Part shown: positions 20,641 through 28,546 of the stretch, in pieces
How the letters are laid out: every line of letters begins with the position of its first letter
Position numbering within the stretch: position 1 is the stretch's first letter
Assembly (NCBI GenBank): GCA_052035095.1
Contig: JBPOHW010000002.1
Location: forward strand, 11,405 to 75,404
Source: Candidatus Moraniibacteriota bacterium
Lineage (GTDB): Bacteria; Patescibacteriota; Minisyncoccia; Moranbacterales; UBA1568
Direction of reading: 5' to 3'
Length of the DNA stretch: 64,000 nucleotides
Notes under the pieces: generated by a model
The model's input: the letters and a program-made list of their open reading frames with translations, nothing else
Told to the model about the DNA's origin: nothing
Database searches by the model: none
Translations under genes and position numbers: made by a program

Positions 20641-20965
20641 GAGTATTTCTCCAGATCTCCAGATGTGTATGAGGTTATTTGCCGCGATCGGCGTTTTGAC
20701 AATATGTTCTTCCATTACATACAGCCAAAACGCCGACGGATGACAAATAATCTCCATTCCGTTTTTCTTTAAGGTACTCTTATCGTGCTTTTTCAGCATG
20801 ACGCTCTATATCTATCATACATTTTTACGCCTGTCAATACTTGTACCCTTGCACTGCTAACAAATTTCAGTTTCAAATTCCATTTTAGGCAACAAAAAAC
20901 AGGACTTGCTACAGCCTCGTTTTCTTAGCTCCGCGGACTGGACACTCTAATTCGAACCTCCTTGC

Positions 20966-21003
20966 AAAGAAAAAACCCACCGAAGTAGTTTTCTACTGGT
21001 GGG
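20966..21003 (-). terminator. terminator of 21031..21399 gene
   Basis: CCCACC...GGTGGG hairpin with A-run on plus side. Confidence 0.5.
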
Positions 21004-21030
21004 ATTTCATTGTCGAAAAACCGTGATTGT

Positions 21031-21399
21031 CTAGCTAATCCTTTTACCCACAGCAATAAGGAGGGCGCCGACATTCCCGCTTCCGAATTGGATACCTATC
21101 CATATGCACGCTGCAAAACCAGTGTAAAGAGCATAAGAAAAAAAACGATACTCATTCCAGTGATTCCCGAACCCCCACCTGCCAACGAGTTCATTTGCGG
21201 CAAGAATCCCCAAAAGAGCAAGAAAGCTCCATATTGATGCAAATATTGGGCTAAGAAGTCCCAAAATTATTCCAACCAATAATCCAGCGATGTACCTGGG
21301 AAAGAACGTGCTCATGACAAATCCTCCACAAGAACTCAAAACCACGATAACAACTTCGTCCCACAGTGTCAAAAATTTCCCCGCATATACCACGCGCAA
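21031..21399 (-). CDS. hypothetical membrane protein
   Basis: 122 aa, 3-4 TM helices; preceded by copy 2 of the 110-bp upstream element. Confidence 0.45.
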   Translation of the reverse strand: MRVVYAGKFLTLWDEVVIVVLSSCGGFVMSTFFPRYIAGLLVGIILGLLSPIFASIWSFLALLGILAANELVGRWGFGNHWNEYRFFSYALYTGFAACIWIGIQFGSGNVGALLIAVGKRIS

Positions 21400-21472
21400 A
21401 AACAGAAAAGCGGAAAAGGGGTCAGGTACCTTTTTCTAATCTTCCTTGTTTTTTAACATTACGAGAAAACAG

Positions 21473-21588
21473 AAAAGGGATCAGCTACTCCTTTTGGTTT
21501 CTTTCCCCTTTCTCTTCCACGTGCTACTCCAAACCCCAAGAAAAAACACACTCTCTCGAATGTGCTTTTCATTTGGCTCCGCCTGGTA
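21473..21588. repeat. ~110-bp upstream element, copy 2 (plus degenerate partial tandem copy at ~21395-21440)
   Basis: See copy 1. Confidence 0.7.
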
Positions 21589-21631
21589 GATAACATTGGA
21601 ACTTATCTCACACACCCAACATCCTCTCCCC

Positions 21632-21859
21632 TCAACCGAAAGTAAAAGCGTAGAACTCAACATTTTCATCCAAGAACTCAAGCCTCAGCGTGTGCTGTCC
21701 CGGCGTAGGGAGATTAACCAGCTTATAAAGTCGGTCGACATCAACTATCACCTTGCCTGACTGAACGCTTTCCCCAAAGTACTGCCCCTCTCCATCAACC
21801 GAAACTCTGACTTGCGCCACTCCTGTCTTGGGACGAATGACAAGAAGGACTTCCCTCAT
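21632..21859 (-). CDS. small hypothetical protein translationally coupled to CcdA-TlpA gene
   Basis: ATGA start/stop overlap at 21856-21859; 75 aa beta-rich. Confidence 0.4.
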   Translation of the reverse strand: MREVLLVIRPKTGVAQVRVSVDGEGQYFGESVQSGKVIVDVDRLYKLVNLPTPGQHTLRLEFLDENVEFYAFTFG

Positions 21860-23121
21860 CTCAAATCAGCCACCCCCGCTTCTTCGAGCAGTATCTGAAT
21901 TACTTCCTCACTCTCGTCGTAAGCGCCTTCGCCAAAATGGCTATGACGGATGTTGCCATCTTTGTCGATAAAGTACTTGGCCGGCCAGTACCGATTGTTG
22001 TAATTGCGCCACGTAGCAAAGCTGTTGTCCTGCACGATGGGATACATGAGTCCGAAATCCTGCGCCGCTTTGCGCACATTCTTCTCTGCCTTTTCGAATT
22101 CAAACTCCGGTGAGTGCACCCCGATGATTACCAGTCCTTTGTCGGCATACTTCTCATGCCACTTTTTGAGGTATGGGAGCGTCCGCTGACAGTTGATACA
22201 GGAGTAGGTCCAAAAGTCGATCAAGACCACCTTGCCCCGCAGTTCCTGGAGCGAAAGCGGGCTACTGTTCATCCATACGCCACCGGGAATGATCTCGGGG
22301 GCTAGTATTCCTTTGGACAAAAGAATGTCTGGCGATGACTTCTCAGGATTCTTGGCATCCGTCCGGTTATTCAATTGATCCAATTCCTCTCGGAGGAAAG
22401 CCTTGTCTTCAAGCTTCGTCAGACCTGCGCCATACTGCGGGAATGTGGTAATGATATAGGTCTGAAACTTGCGATCGAAATTGGTGTAGATAGCAATGGC
22501 TGTCAATATCATCAGCACTCCGAACGCCTTTTGGATATTGCCCGTATTGCGCATAAGCCACGGCACCCGCATAAGAAGCTCCCGTCCTCCCCTCATGATA
22601 AGGAGCATAGGGAGCGCCGTCCCAAGCGCGTAAGCCAAGGTGATGAAAAAGGCCGCCCAGGTCACACTCCCCGAGAGCGCCAGCGAAATAACCGACGCGA
22701 GGATCGGCCCCACACACGGCGTCCACAAAAGTCCGAGAGAAAATCCGACAAGAAGCCCTGAGCCAAAACCCTTACGTTTCGTTTGTTTCGGGACAAGACC
22801 TGTGAGACGCGAAAAGAGATTCTCCAATAAGACCTGGAAACGAGGGATGAGGAACGATACACCAAGGAAAGCAATCACTCCTACCGAAACAAGACGCAGT
22901 GTGTCAGCGGGAATGCCCGTGAAGCTCACCAGCGTTGAAAGGAAAAGCGTGAACAATGTGAAGCTCGCCACGAAGCCAGTGATCACCCCAAGCGGCCGCG
23001 CTTTCCCGATATGCTCTCCACCGAGGCTCGAGGAGAGAATTAGCGGCAGGATAGGCAAGATGCAAGGTGAGAGCACGGTGACTAATCCGGCAATGAAAGC
23101 AAAGACGATGAGAAGAATCAT
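21856..23121 (-). CDS. CcdA/DsbD-type transmembrane electron carrier fused to TlpA/ResA-like thioredoxin domain
   Basis: TM-embedded LSPCILP and WTPCVGPIL (CcdA motifs); C-terminal WTYSCINCQ (CxxC) thioredoxin fold. Confidence 0.85.
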   Translation of the reverse strand: MILLIVFAFIAGLVTVLSPCILPILPLILSSSLGGEHIGKARPLGVITGFVASFTLFTLFLSTLVSFTGIPADTLRLVSVGVIAFLGVSFLIPRFQVLLENLFSRLTGLVPKQTKRKGFGSGLLVGFSLGLLWTPCVGPILASVISLALSGSVTWAAFFITLAYALGTALPMLLIMRGGRELLMRVPWLMRNTGNIQKAFGVLMILTAIAIYTNFDRKFQTYIITTFPQYGAGLTKLEDKAFLREELDQLNNRTDAKNPEKSSPDILLSKGILAPEIIPGGVWMNSSPLSLQELRGKVVLIDFWTYSCINCQRTLPYLKKWHEKYADKGLVIIGVHSPEFEFEKAEKNVRKAAQDFGLMYPIVQDNSFATWRNYNNRYWPAKYFIDKDGNIRHSHFGEGAYDESEEVIQILLEEAGVADLR

Positions 23122-23124
23122 AGC

Positions 23125-23718
23125 TTACTTGATGTTCTTCAAGAGTTCGGCCACTTTGCCGCCATTCCATTTGGTCACAGCCTGACCATCTTGGTCGATC
23201 TGCACAAAGGTATGCTGATAGGTCACGCCATACTGCCGGGCAAGATCCTTTTCCTCCTGATCGGTATCCGGATCATTGTAATTCACTCGAACCACTGTGA
23301 CATCACTTGGAATCTCACTCATCTTCTCCCTAAATTCGGCATCGGCCAGCTTGCAATTCGGGCACCAGCTCGCGTAGAAGAAAAGAACGCGCCGGGAATC
23401 TTTGGCTTGTTCCAAACTCTCCTTGGAATACGTCAGGTACCGTTCACTCTTCGCCATCATCATCGCCTCAGGATTCATCATGCTTTCCTCTTTTGTTTCC
23501 ATGCTCGGTTTTTCCATCATGGCATCACTCTCTTCCTCCATCATGCCTGCATCCTCCATCTTGGTATCACTCTCCATCATTTTTTCCTCGGTTGGTTTCA
23601 TCATCGATTCTCCTTCCATCATCTGCTTATTGTCCCCTGATGACTGAGTATTCATCCACCACCACGCACCCCCTGCCACGACCACGAGACCGATTATGAG
23701 CACCAGTACTTTTGCCAT
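23125..23718 (-). CDS. membrane-anchored thioredoxin-like protein with Met/Glu-rich linker
   Basis: N-terminal TM, ~90-aa low-complexity MMEx repeats, C-terminal FFYASWCPNCK thioredoxin domain; start trimmed to MAKVLVL (ATG 23718). Confidence 0.7.
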   Translation of the reverse strand: MAKVLVLIIGLVVVAGGAWWWMNTQSSGDNKQMMEGESMMKPTEEKMMESDTKMEDAGMMEEESDAMMEKPSMETKEESMMNPEAMMMAKSERYLTYSKESLEQAKDSRRVLFFYASWCPNCKLADAEFREKMSEIPSDVTVVRVNYNDPDTDQEEKDLARQYGVTYQHTFVQIDQDGQAVTKWNGGKVAELLKNIK

Positions 23719-23761
23719 ATGTTTTCTCCTTTCGGAGCAGTTAAAAAAATTACCGTTTAAA

Positions 23762-24133
23762 CTAATACAGTTTGCGGGCATAAACGCGACCGAGTATCTT
23801 GGCAAATACCATTCCGGCGAGCGCGGCCGGAAGCCACGGATCGATCGCATGAGCCATAGCCTGAAGTACCGTTCCCACAAGCAAGATCATACCTCCTGCC
23901 GTATAGGCAAGACGAGCGGCGATGAATCGATGCAGCTGCTCGCGTTCATCCGAGACCGATTCCCTCCAAATAAACATGGCGAAGATCGCAAAAAAAGCCG
24001 CAACCAGTCCGAGGAGTGTCATATGTACCGCATCCGTCATCCACCAATCAAGCGGATTGATAAAACACACCAGCAATACGATGAGCACCAAGGCGACCGC
24101 AGTCTCTCCAAAAAGTTGGTTCAAAAATTTCAT
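23762..24133 (-). CDS. hypothetical membrane protein
   Basis: 123 aa, 3 TM; stop overlaps XRE gene start. Confidence 0.45.
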   Translation of the reverse strand: MKFLNQLFGETAVALVLIVLLVCFINPLDWWMTDAVHMTLLGLVAAFFAIFAMFIWRESVSDEREQLHRFIAARLAYTAGGMILLVGTVLQAMAHAIDPWLPAALAGMVFAKILGRVYARKLY

Positions 24134-24336
24134 AGCTTTATTTTAAAAAGTTTTTCAAGTGGTTCGTCAAAAAATCGCGCGATTTTGAGGGCGAGTAACA
24201 CCGAAGGAACGTAGTTTCCTTTCTCGAGCGCGATGATCGTCTGGCGCGTGACCCCTACCGCCGTCGCGAGCGCCTCCTGCGTCACCTCTCTCTGCCGACG
24301 CATCGCTTCAATTTTGTTCTCTATGGTTTCTGCCAT
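24130..24336 (-). CDS. XRE-family helix-turn-helix transcriptional regulator
   Basis: 68 aa; [26 protein letters not shown] Cro/C1-type HTH. Confidence 0.8.
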   Translation of the reverse strand: MAETIENKIEAMRRQREVTQEALATAVGVTRQTIIALEKGNYVPSVLLALKIARFFDEPLEKLFKIKL

Positions 24337-24341
24337 ACGTA

Positions 24342-24359
24342 TGTAAAGTATGCTTTACA
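24342..24359. promoter_or_regulatory. palindromic operator candidate TGTAAAG-tatg-CTTTACA immediately upstream of XRE gene
   Basis: Perfect 7-bp inverted repeat 6 nt from the XRE ATG. Confidence 0.4.
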
Positions 24360-24671
24360 TGTTCATTATACGATTCCCATTTTCTCTGTCAAGTTGACTT
24401 TACATACCGAAACTCAGCTCTGTTCCAAGATTCCAAGCGAGTGGCTCAATCCCGTACGCAATCTGGTTCACATTCCAATAGCTACGCAACCAATGAAAAA
24501 AGCCCTCGTATGAGGACTTTCATTTATGCTCGCCAGTCCGGTCTAGAACCTATACGGGCCGTTGAGGGATCCTTTAGGGGTACTTTCGACAGGCCTAAAT
24601 GAGACAAATGAGACACTGGAAGTGTACATGTCTCATTTCGGAAAACTTGACTTCTAAGGCTTACTATAGCC

Positions 24672-25379
24672 TTATTTCTTCACCATCGATACATACTCCT
24701 GAATCAGGGCTTCGGCGTAGATATAACCATGCTTTTCGATGATATTCCTCGCAAACAGGAGAAATATTCCATAAAAAACCACCGCGATTATCGAGAAGGC
24801 AAAAGCCACGCGATCTCTATCCATAAAGAAAAACGATACATCAAAGACAGACATAGGAAGCGCAAGAACGGATCCACCAACAATATTTCTGAAAAATCCA
24901 TATTCGATGTTTCGAGACAACACCAAGCTTCCGTTACCAACAATCATCCTTACGGCGCCAACTGCCTCAACGATCTTTTTTCTGGCCCCATTCTCATCAT
25001 CTCTCTCATCTCTCGCATTTGCCAGATCCAACGAAAAATCCTTGCGTATCTTTTCATATATCTTTCCCTTGAATTCGGAAGAGTAGTTCTCATTCGAATG
25101 CAGAAGTAATTCCGTACTTGGCATAGCAAGTCCATTTTTGAAGTATCTATTTTCGAAGAATTCCACCGAAAAGAATCTTCCCACAAGCGAAAGAAAGAAG
25201 ATAGAGACAAAGAAAATAGAAATATCTCCGAATATCTTCGCGGTCATCAAACTCTCAGTAAAACCTGGAAGTATTTCGTCAAGATAGAAGTGACCAAAAA
25301 CTAAAAACGGTACCGCACATATAATAGCTGGATAAATCCTTGCCTTTAAGCCATATTCGGTCATCCAAAACATTTTCAT
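24672..25379 (-). CDS. hypothetical membrane protein
   Basis: 235 aa, N- and C-terminal TM segments; stop overlaps MBL gene. Confidence 0.45.
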   Translation of the reverse strand: MKMFWMTEYGLKARIYPAIICAVPFLVFGHFYLDEILPGFTESLMTAKIFGDISIFFVSIFFLSLVGRFFSVEFFENRYFKNGLAMPSTELLLHSNENYSSEFKGKIYEKIRKDFSLDLANARDERDDENGARKKIVEAVGAVRMIVGNGSLVLSRNIEYGFFRNIVGGSVLALPMSVFDVSFFFMDRDRVAFAFSIIAVVFYGIFLLFARNIIEKHGYIYAEALIQEYVSMVKK

Positions 25380-26236
25380 ACGCCTTTGTACGTTCGAGAG
25401 CCATCCCGTTCGACCCTGATTACTATATGTCCATCACTCCTTGTCGTAAGAACCTTTCTTGGGTTTTGAAAATCACCATTCAGGCATACTCCATTTCCTA
25501 GGACGCGTTCCCCATACGCTTGGCTCATACCCTCCTGCGTGCCATGAACCACCTTTTTATCCGATATTATCACGCACTCAGGAAAACAATATTCAAACAT
25601 TTCTTCTGCGTATCCGTTCTCTCTTCCATGATGCGCTGCAACCAACACATCGGTTTTCGATAACCAATCCCTGAAGTCTTCTTTTTTCAACATGAGTTCC
25701 CATCCTGCCTCTTCAAGATCGCCGGAGATGCAAACTGTTGTTCCAAGATATTCGACGAATACTACCTGGCTCAGGTTATTGGTGTTTATCTCCTGATCCT
25801 CGGGAAAATGATGCTGCTCCAAGTAGAATGTCTTCACGACATACGGCGGCTTATGATGCGCAGCGCTACCGGTATACGCGCGCTTATAGTGACATACGGA
25901 ATCAAGAGCTTCGGTTTTCTCTGGCTTGATGTCGTATAACTCTTCCACGGAAATATTTTTCGGAAATCGGATCGTATCGATATGAACCTTTTTAGAAAGG
26001 TACGCCATCCCCGAAAAATGGTCATGATCGTAATTGGTAAGCGTCAGATTGCTGAGCACATGCCTCCGCCCATCATGATGCATGTATTCGCTTGAAATCA
26101 AAGTATCAATCGGATCAAAATCTGGCGTATTCCCACAGTCAACAAGCATCCCATATTCCGGATTATTGTGCGGATAAAAAAAGATGCTTTGCCCCATTTC
26201 AACATTGAATACAACTACGTCCATCATAATATTCAA
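25376..26236 (-). CDS. metallo-beta-lactamase-fold metallo-hydrolase
   Basis: NYDHDHFSG (HxHxDH) plus downstream His residues (AAHHG); start overlaps LexA-like stop. Confidence 0.75.
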   Translation of the reverse strand: MNIMMDVVVFNVEMGQSIFFYPHNNPEYGMLVDCGNTPDFDPIDTLISSEYMHHDGRRHVLSNLTLTNYDHDHFSGMAYLSKKVHIDTIRFPKNISVEELYDIKPEKTEALDSVCHYKRAYTGSAAHHKPPYVVKTFYLEQHHFPEDQEINTNNLSQVVFVEYLGTTVCISGDLEEAGWELMLKKEDFRDWLSKTDVLVAAHHGRENGYAEEMFEYCFPECVIISDKKVVHGTQEGMSQAYGERVLGNGVCLNGDFQNPRKVLTTRSDGHIVIRVERDGSRTYKGV

Positions 26237-26877
26237 ATCTTCACATTCTTGATAACCTCCACGACTTTCCCACTCAGGACATACTGACCTATTTCACTTT
26301 CACCAATGACAATCGGCGGATAGTCTTTGGTCGATTCGGACACAAGCATCACCTGTTGGTGTTCCTCGTCGAGATAAAACTTCTTTATATTCGCCAAACC
26401 ATCAATCACGGAAAGTACGTATTCCCCTTTCTCCGGAACCGTGACATCGCCGTCGACTATCACGTAGTCTCCCGGCTCGATACTTCTTTTCGCTTTCCCT
26501 ACCTTTGCCTTATTCATCGAGAACCCGTCCGCCTGTACGGCGAACAATCCTTTCTTGTACGGGACAAGAGAACTCGAAACTCGAATATAGCTCTGAACGT
26601 AGTTCTCGGCAAATCGGGTCGCTGGACCGCAATCGGCAGACCCATATACTGGAATTGCCACCAATCCGGACATCCTGGAAACGCCCTCTTTAATACGTTC
26701 TACCACACCACCCTCCCGATCCATCTTGATCAAGCCCTTCTTCTGCAACTGAGAGAGGTGATGCTTCACCGTTTGGGCATTTTTAATCCCGGCAAGCTCA
26801 GCAATGTCTCGGTAAGTCATTTTCCCGAGATTATATTTCCTTGAAAGTTCGAGAAGTTTTTCCTGATTCTTATGCAT
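26233..26877 (-). CDS. lexA: LexA-family repressor (winged HTH + S24 peptidase)
   Basis: N-terminal wHTH; VYGSADCGP cleavage-site-like region; Ser in QADGFSMNKA and Lys in ANIKKFY spaced as in the LexA Ser/Lys dyad. Confidence 0.65.
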   Translation of the reverse strand: MHKNQEKLLELSRKYNLGKMTYRDIAELAGIKNAQTVKHHLSQLQKKGLIKMDREGGVVERIKEGVSRMSGLVAIPVYGSADCGPATRFAENYVQSYIRVSSSLVPYKKGLFAVQADGFSMNKAKVGKAKRSIEPGDYVIVDGDVTVPEKGEYVLSVIDGLANIKKFYLDEEHQQVMLVSESTKDYPPIVIGESEIGQYVLSGKVVEVIKNVKI

Positions 26878-27299
26878 AAGTTTTTGGCTAGCTCTTTTCC
26901 CGTAGCATATCAGACCAGTATAATCATGTCAATACTAATTGTTTACTTATTTACAAGTTTTACAGTTGGAGAAAAAGAAAACTGGAACTTCTTGCTCCAG
27001 ACTTCAATAATGCTGGCTTACGGAAACCACACAATCCCCTTCCAGCTACTTATAATACCTCTTCGCACCTGATGGGAAAGTTGTGGGGCAGGTGCCGGTT
27101 TGGGAGAAGACGACATCGAGCTCGGTGGCAGAAATGACTTTGAAATAAGCCCAGCCACTCCGCTCTCCCGGAGAGAAGCCGTCAAAGCGAAAGAACACGC
27201 CTGTCAGGCATATTCTTTGATGGCTCCAGCTATTGGATGAGATTCGAACCTGTTTTTGAAAAAAGAAAAAAGCACCGTACCCGCCAGTCGTGTACTTGT

Positions 27300-27408
27300 T
27301 CATCAAAAGACGGCCACCATAAAAGTGTATCGTGCCAATCGAAAAAGATGGTTTTGTATTTCTTGCGCGTTTTCACAATAAATTCTTTGTCCACATAATT
27401 ACGCTCGT
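27300..27408 (-). pseudogene. decayed duplicate of the 5' end of the HAD-like gene (frameshifted fragment)
   Basis: ~85% identical to 18587..18737; encodes VDKEFIVKTRKKYKTIFFDWHDTLL in a frame disrupted relative to its ATG. Confidence 0.5.
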
Positions 27409-27483
27409 ATTATTTCCGAATGAAAAAACTGCTCCCGAAAATTCGCTCATTTCCCATAGGGAAAGAGTAGCACAAGACTCGCA

Positions 27484-27518
27484 AGAAAAACAAAGCCGCT
27501 GGGCGATACCATGCGGCT
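27484..27518 (-). terminator. rho-independent terminator at left edge of AT-rich element; loop identical to 16136..16172
   Basis: GCCGC-ATGGTATCGCCCA-GCGGC + TTTGTTTTTCTT on minus strand. Confidence 0.5.
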
Positions 27519-27572
27519 TCTTAGTTTTATTAAAACATTAACGGGATTACTATCTCACTTTTTTCCTTATCG

Positions 27573-27761
27573 TTAGTCGTCTTCCTTGATTTCGACCTCG
27601 ATGCCAAATCGATCTGAACATTGTAACATCAGAGCGCCAAACGCCTCATTGACACTTTGACCATCACCCAAATCTCGCTGGTCTTCTCCTGCGATGTAGG
27701 AGCGATAGCGTTTGCCTCGCCTCTCTATAATGATCGTTGTCGCTATTGCACAGTCTGTCAT
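27573..27761 (-). CDS. small HicB/DUF1902-like protein (possible antitoxin-like)
   Basis: 62 aa; YRSYIAGE...GDGQSVNEAFGAL resembles HicB-N/UPF0150 fold pattern. Confidence 0.35.
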   Translation of the reverse strand: MTDCAIATTIIIERRGKRYRSYIAGEDQRDLGDGQSVNEAFGALMLQCSDRFGIEVEIKEDD

Positions 27762-27889
27762 TGCTATTACTCCTTATGTAAAGCCAAGAGAAAGATAATC
27801 GTCAGCAATCTCACGATACCAATTATAATACATGCATAAAATCATTTGTCAATTCAAGTTGCTGTTTAGAAATTAGAGAAGAGGTTATA

Positions 27890-28420
27890 TTAAAGTTTTT
27901 TACTATAGTATTCGTAACATTTCTTATACCACTCGGAAATACTTTTATCGCTATTTATTTCATTTTCAAAAAATTTTACTAAAAGTTGTCTCGGCTTATC
28001 ACTAAAAGGGATATGGTAAATTTTTGGCCATATTTCCCCATACCACGCTCCAAGGTTATTGGATTTGATGTCGCAAGCACCGCCTATGCCATCTTTCTGT
28101 ATAAAAAATATTTGATCTACGCGGTTCATTATCGAAGCGCCAAGACACTGAATGCATGGCTCAAGAGTTGTATAAAGTTTAATTATTTTGTTTTCCTTAT
28201 GTGCTTGCTTAATATTTATATCATTTCTAATTAGCAAAGAATTCTCTGCGTGAGTTACCCACGATTCTTTATTTCTTTCATTACCAGAGGTATCAAAAAT
28301 TTTATCATCAATAACTAAAACCGCGCCAACGGGAAAATCACCTGCTTCATATGACTTATTTGCCATATCAATAGCCAGTGTGAAACATTTCTTATCAAGT
28401 TCATTTAGGACATCTCCCAT
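27890..28420 (-). CDS. CDA-fold zinc deaminase (TadA-like nucleoside/nucleotide deaminase) with novel C-terminal tail
   Basis: FPVGAVLV...THAENSLL...LEPCIQCLGA (H-A-E and PCxxC zinc motifs); ~60-aa C-terminal extension not typical of TadA. Confidence 0.8.
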   Translation of the reverse strand: MGDVLNELDKKCFTLAIDMANKSYEAGDFPVGAVLVIDDKIFDTSGNERNKESWVTHAENSLLIRNDINIKQAHKENKIIKLYTTLEPCIQCLGASIMNRVDQIFFIQKDGIGGACDIKSNNLGAWYGEIWPKIYHIPFSDKPRQLLVKFFENEINSDKSISEWYKKCYEYYSKKL

Positions 28421-28546
28421 ATAAAAGAGAAAAGTACTCCGCGAGCAAGTATTATTTGCACGCTTTTTCTGCTCCCACTACTAGATAAACTTAGAACTTT
28501 AGATTGGGAGACCCTACGGAGCACTTTACAACACTTACAAGCGTCT

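Noticed and set aside
26878-26990. Canonical LexA box (CTGT-N8-ACAG or CGAACRNRYGTTYC) upstream of the lexA-like gene
   Set aside because: No match to either consensus. Only TGTAAA-type repeats are present; they are reported as a speculative alternative.
27236-27247. A second tRNA gene near 27.2 kb suggested by the TTCGAACC T-loop-like motif
   Set aside because: No acceptor, D or anticodon stems could be formed on either strand. The motif is treated as an att-site remnant instead.
27046-27306. 86-aa minus-strand ORF adjacent to the HAD fragment
   Set aside because: It lies in the wrong frame relative to the duplicated HAD 5' fragment, has low-complexity composition, and has no start context. 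It is likely a read-through of decayed sequence.
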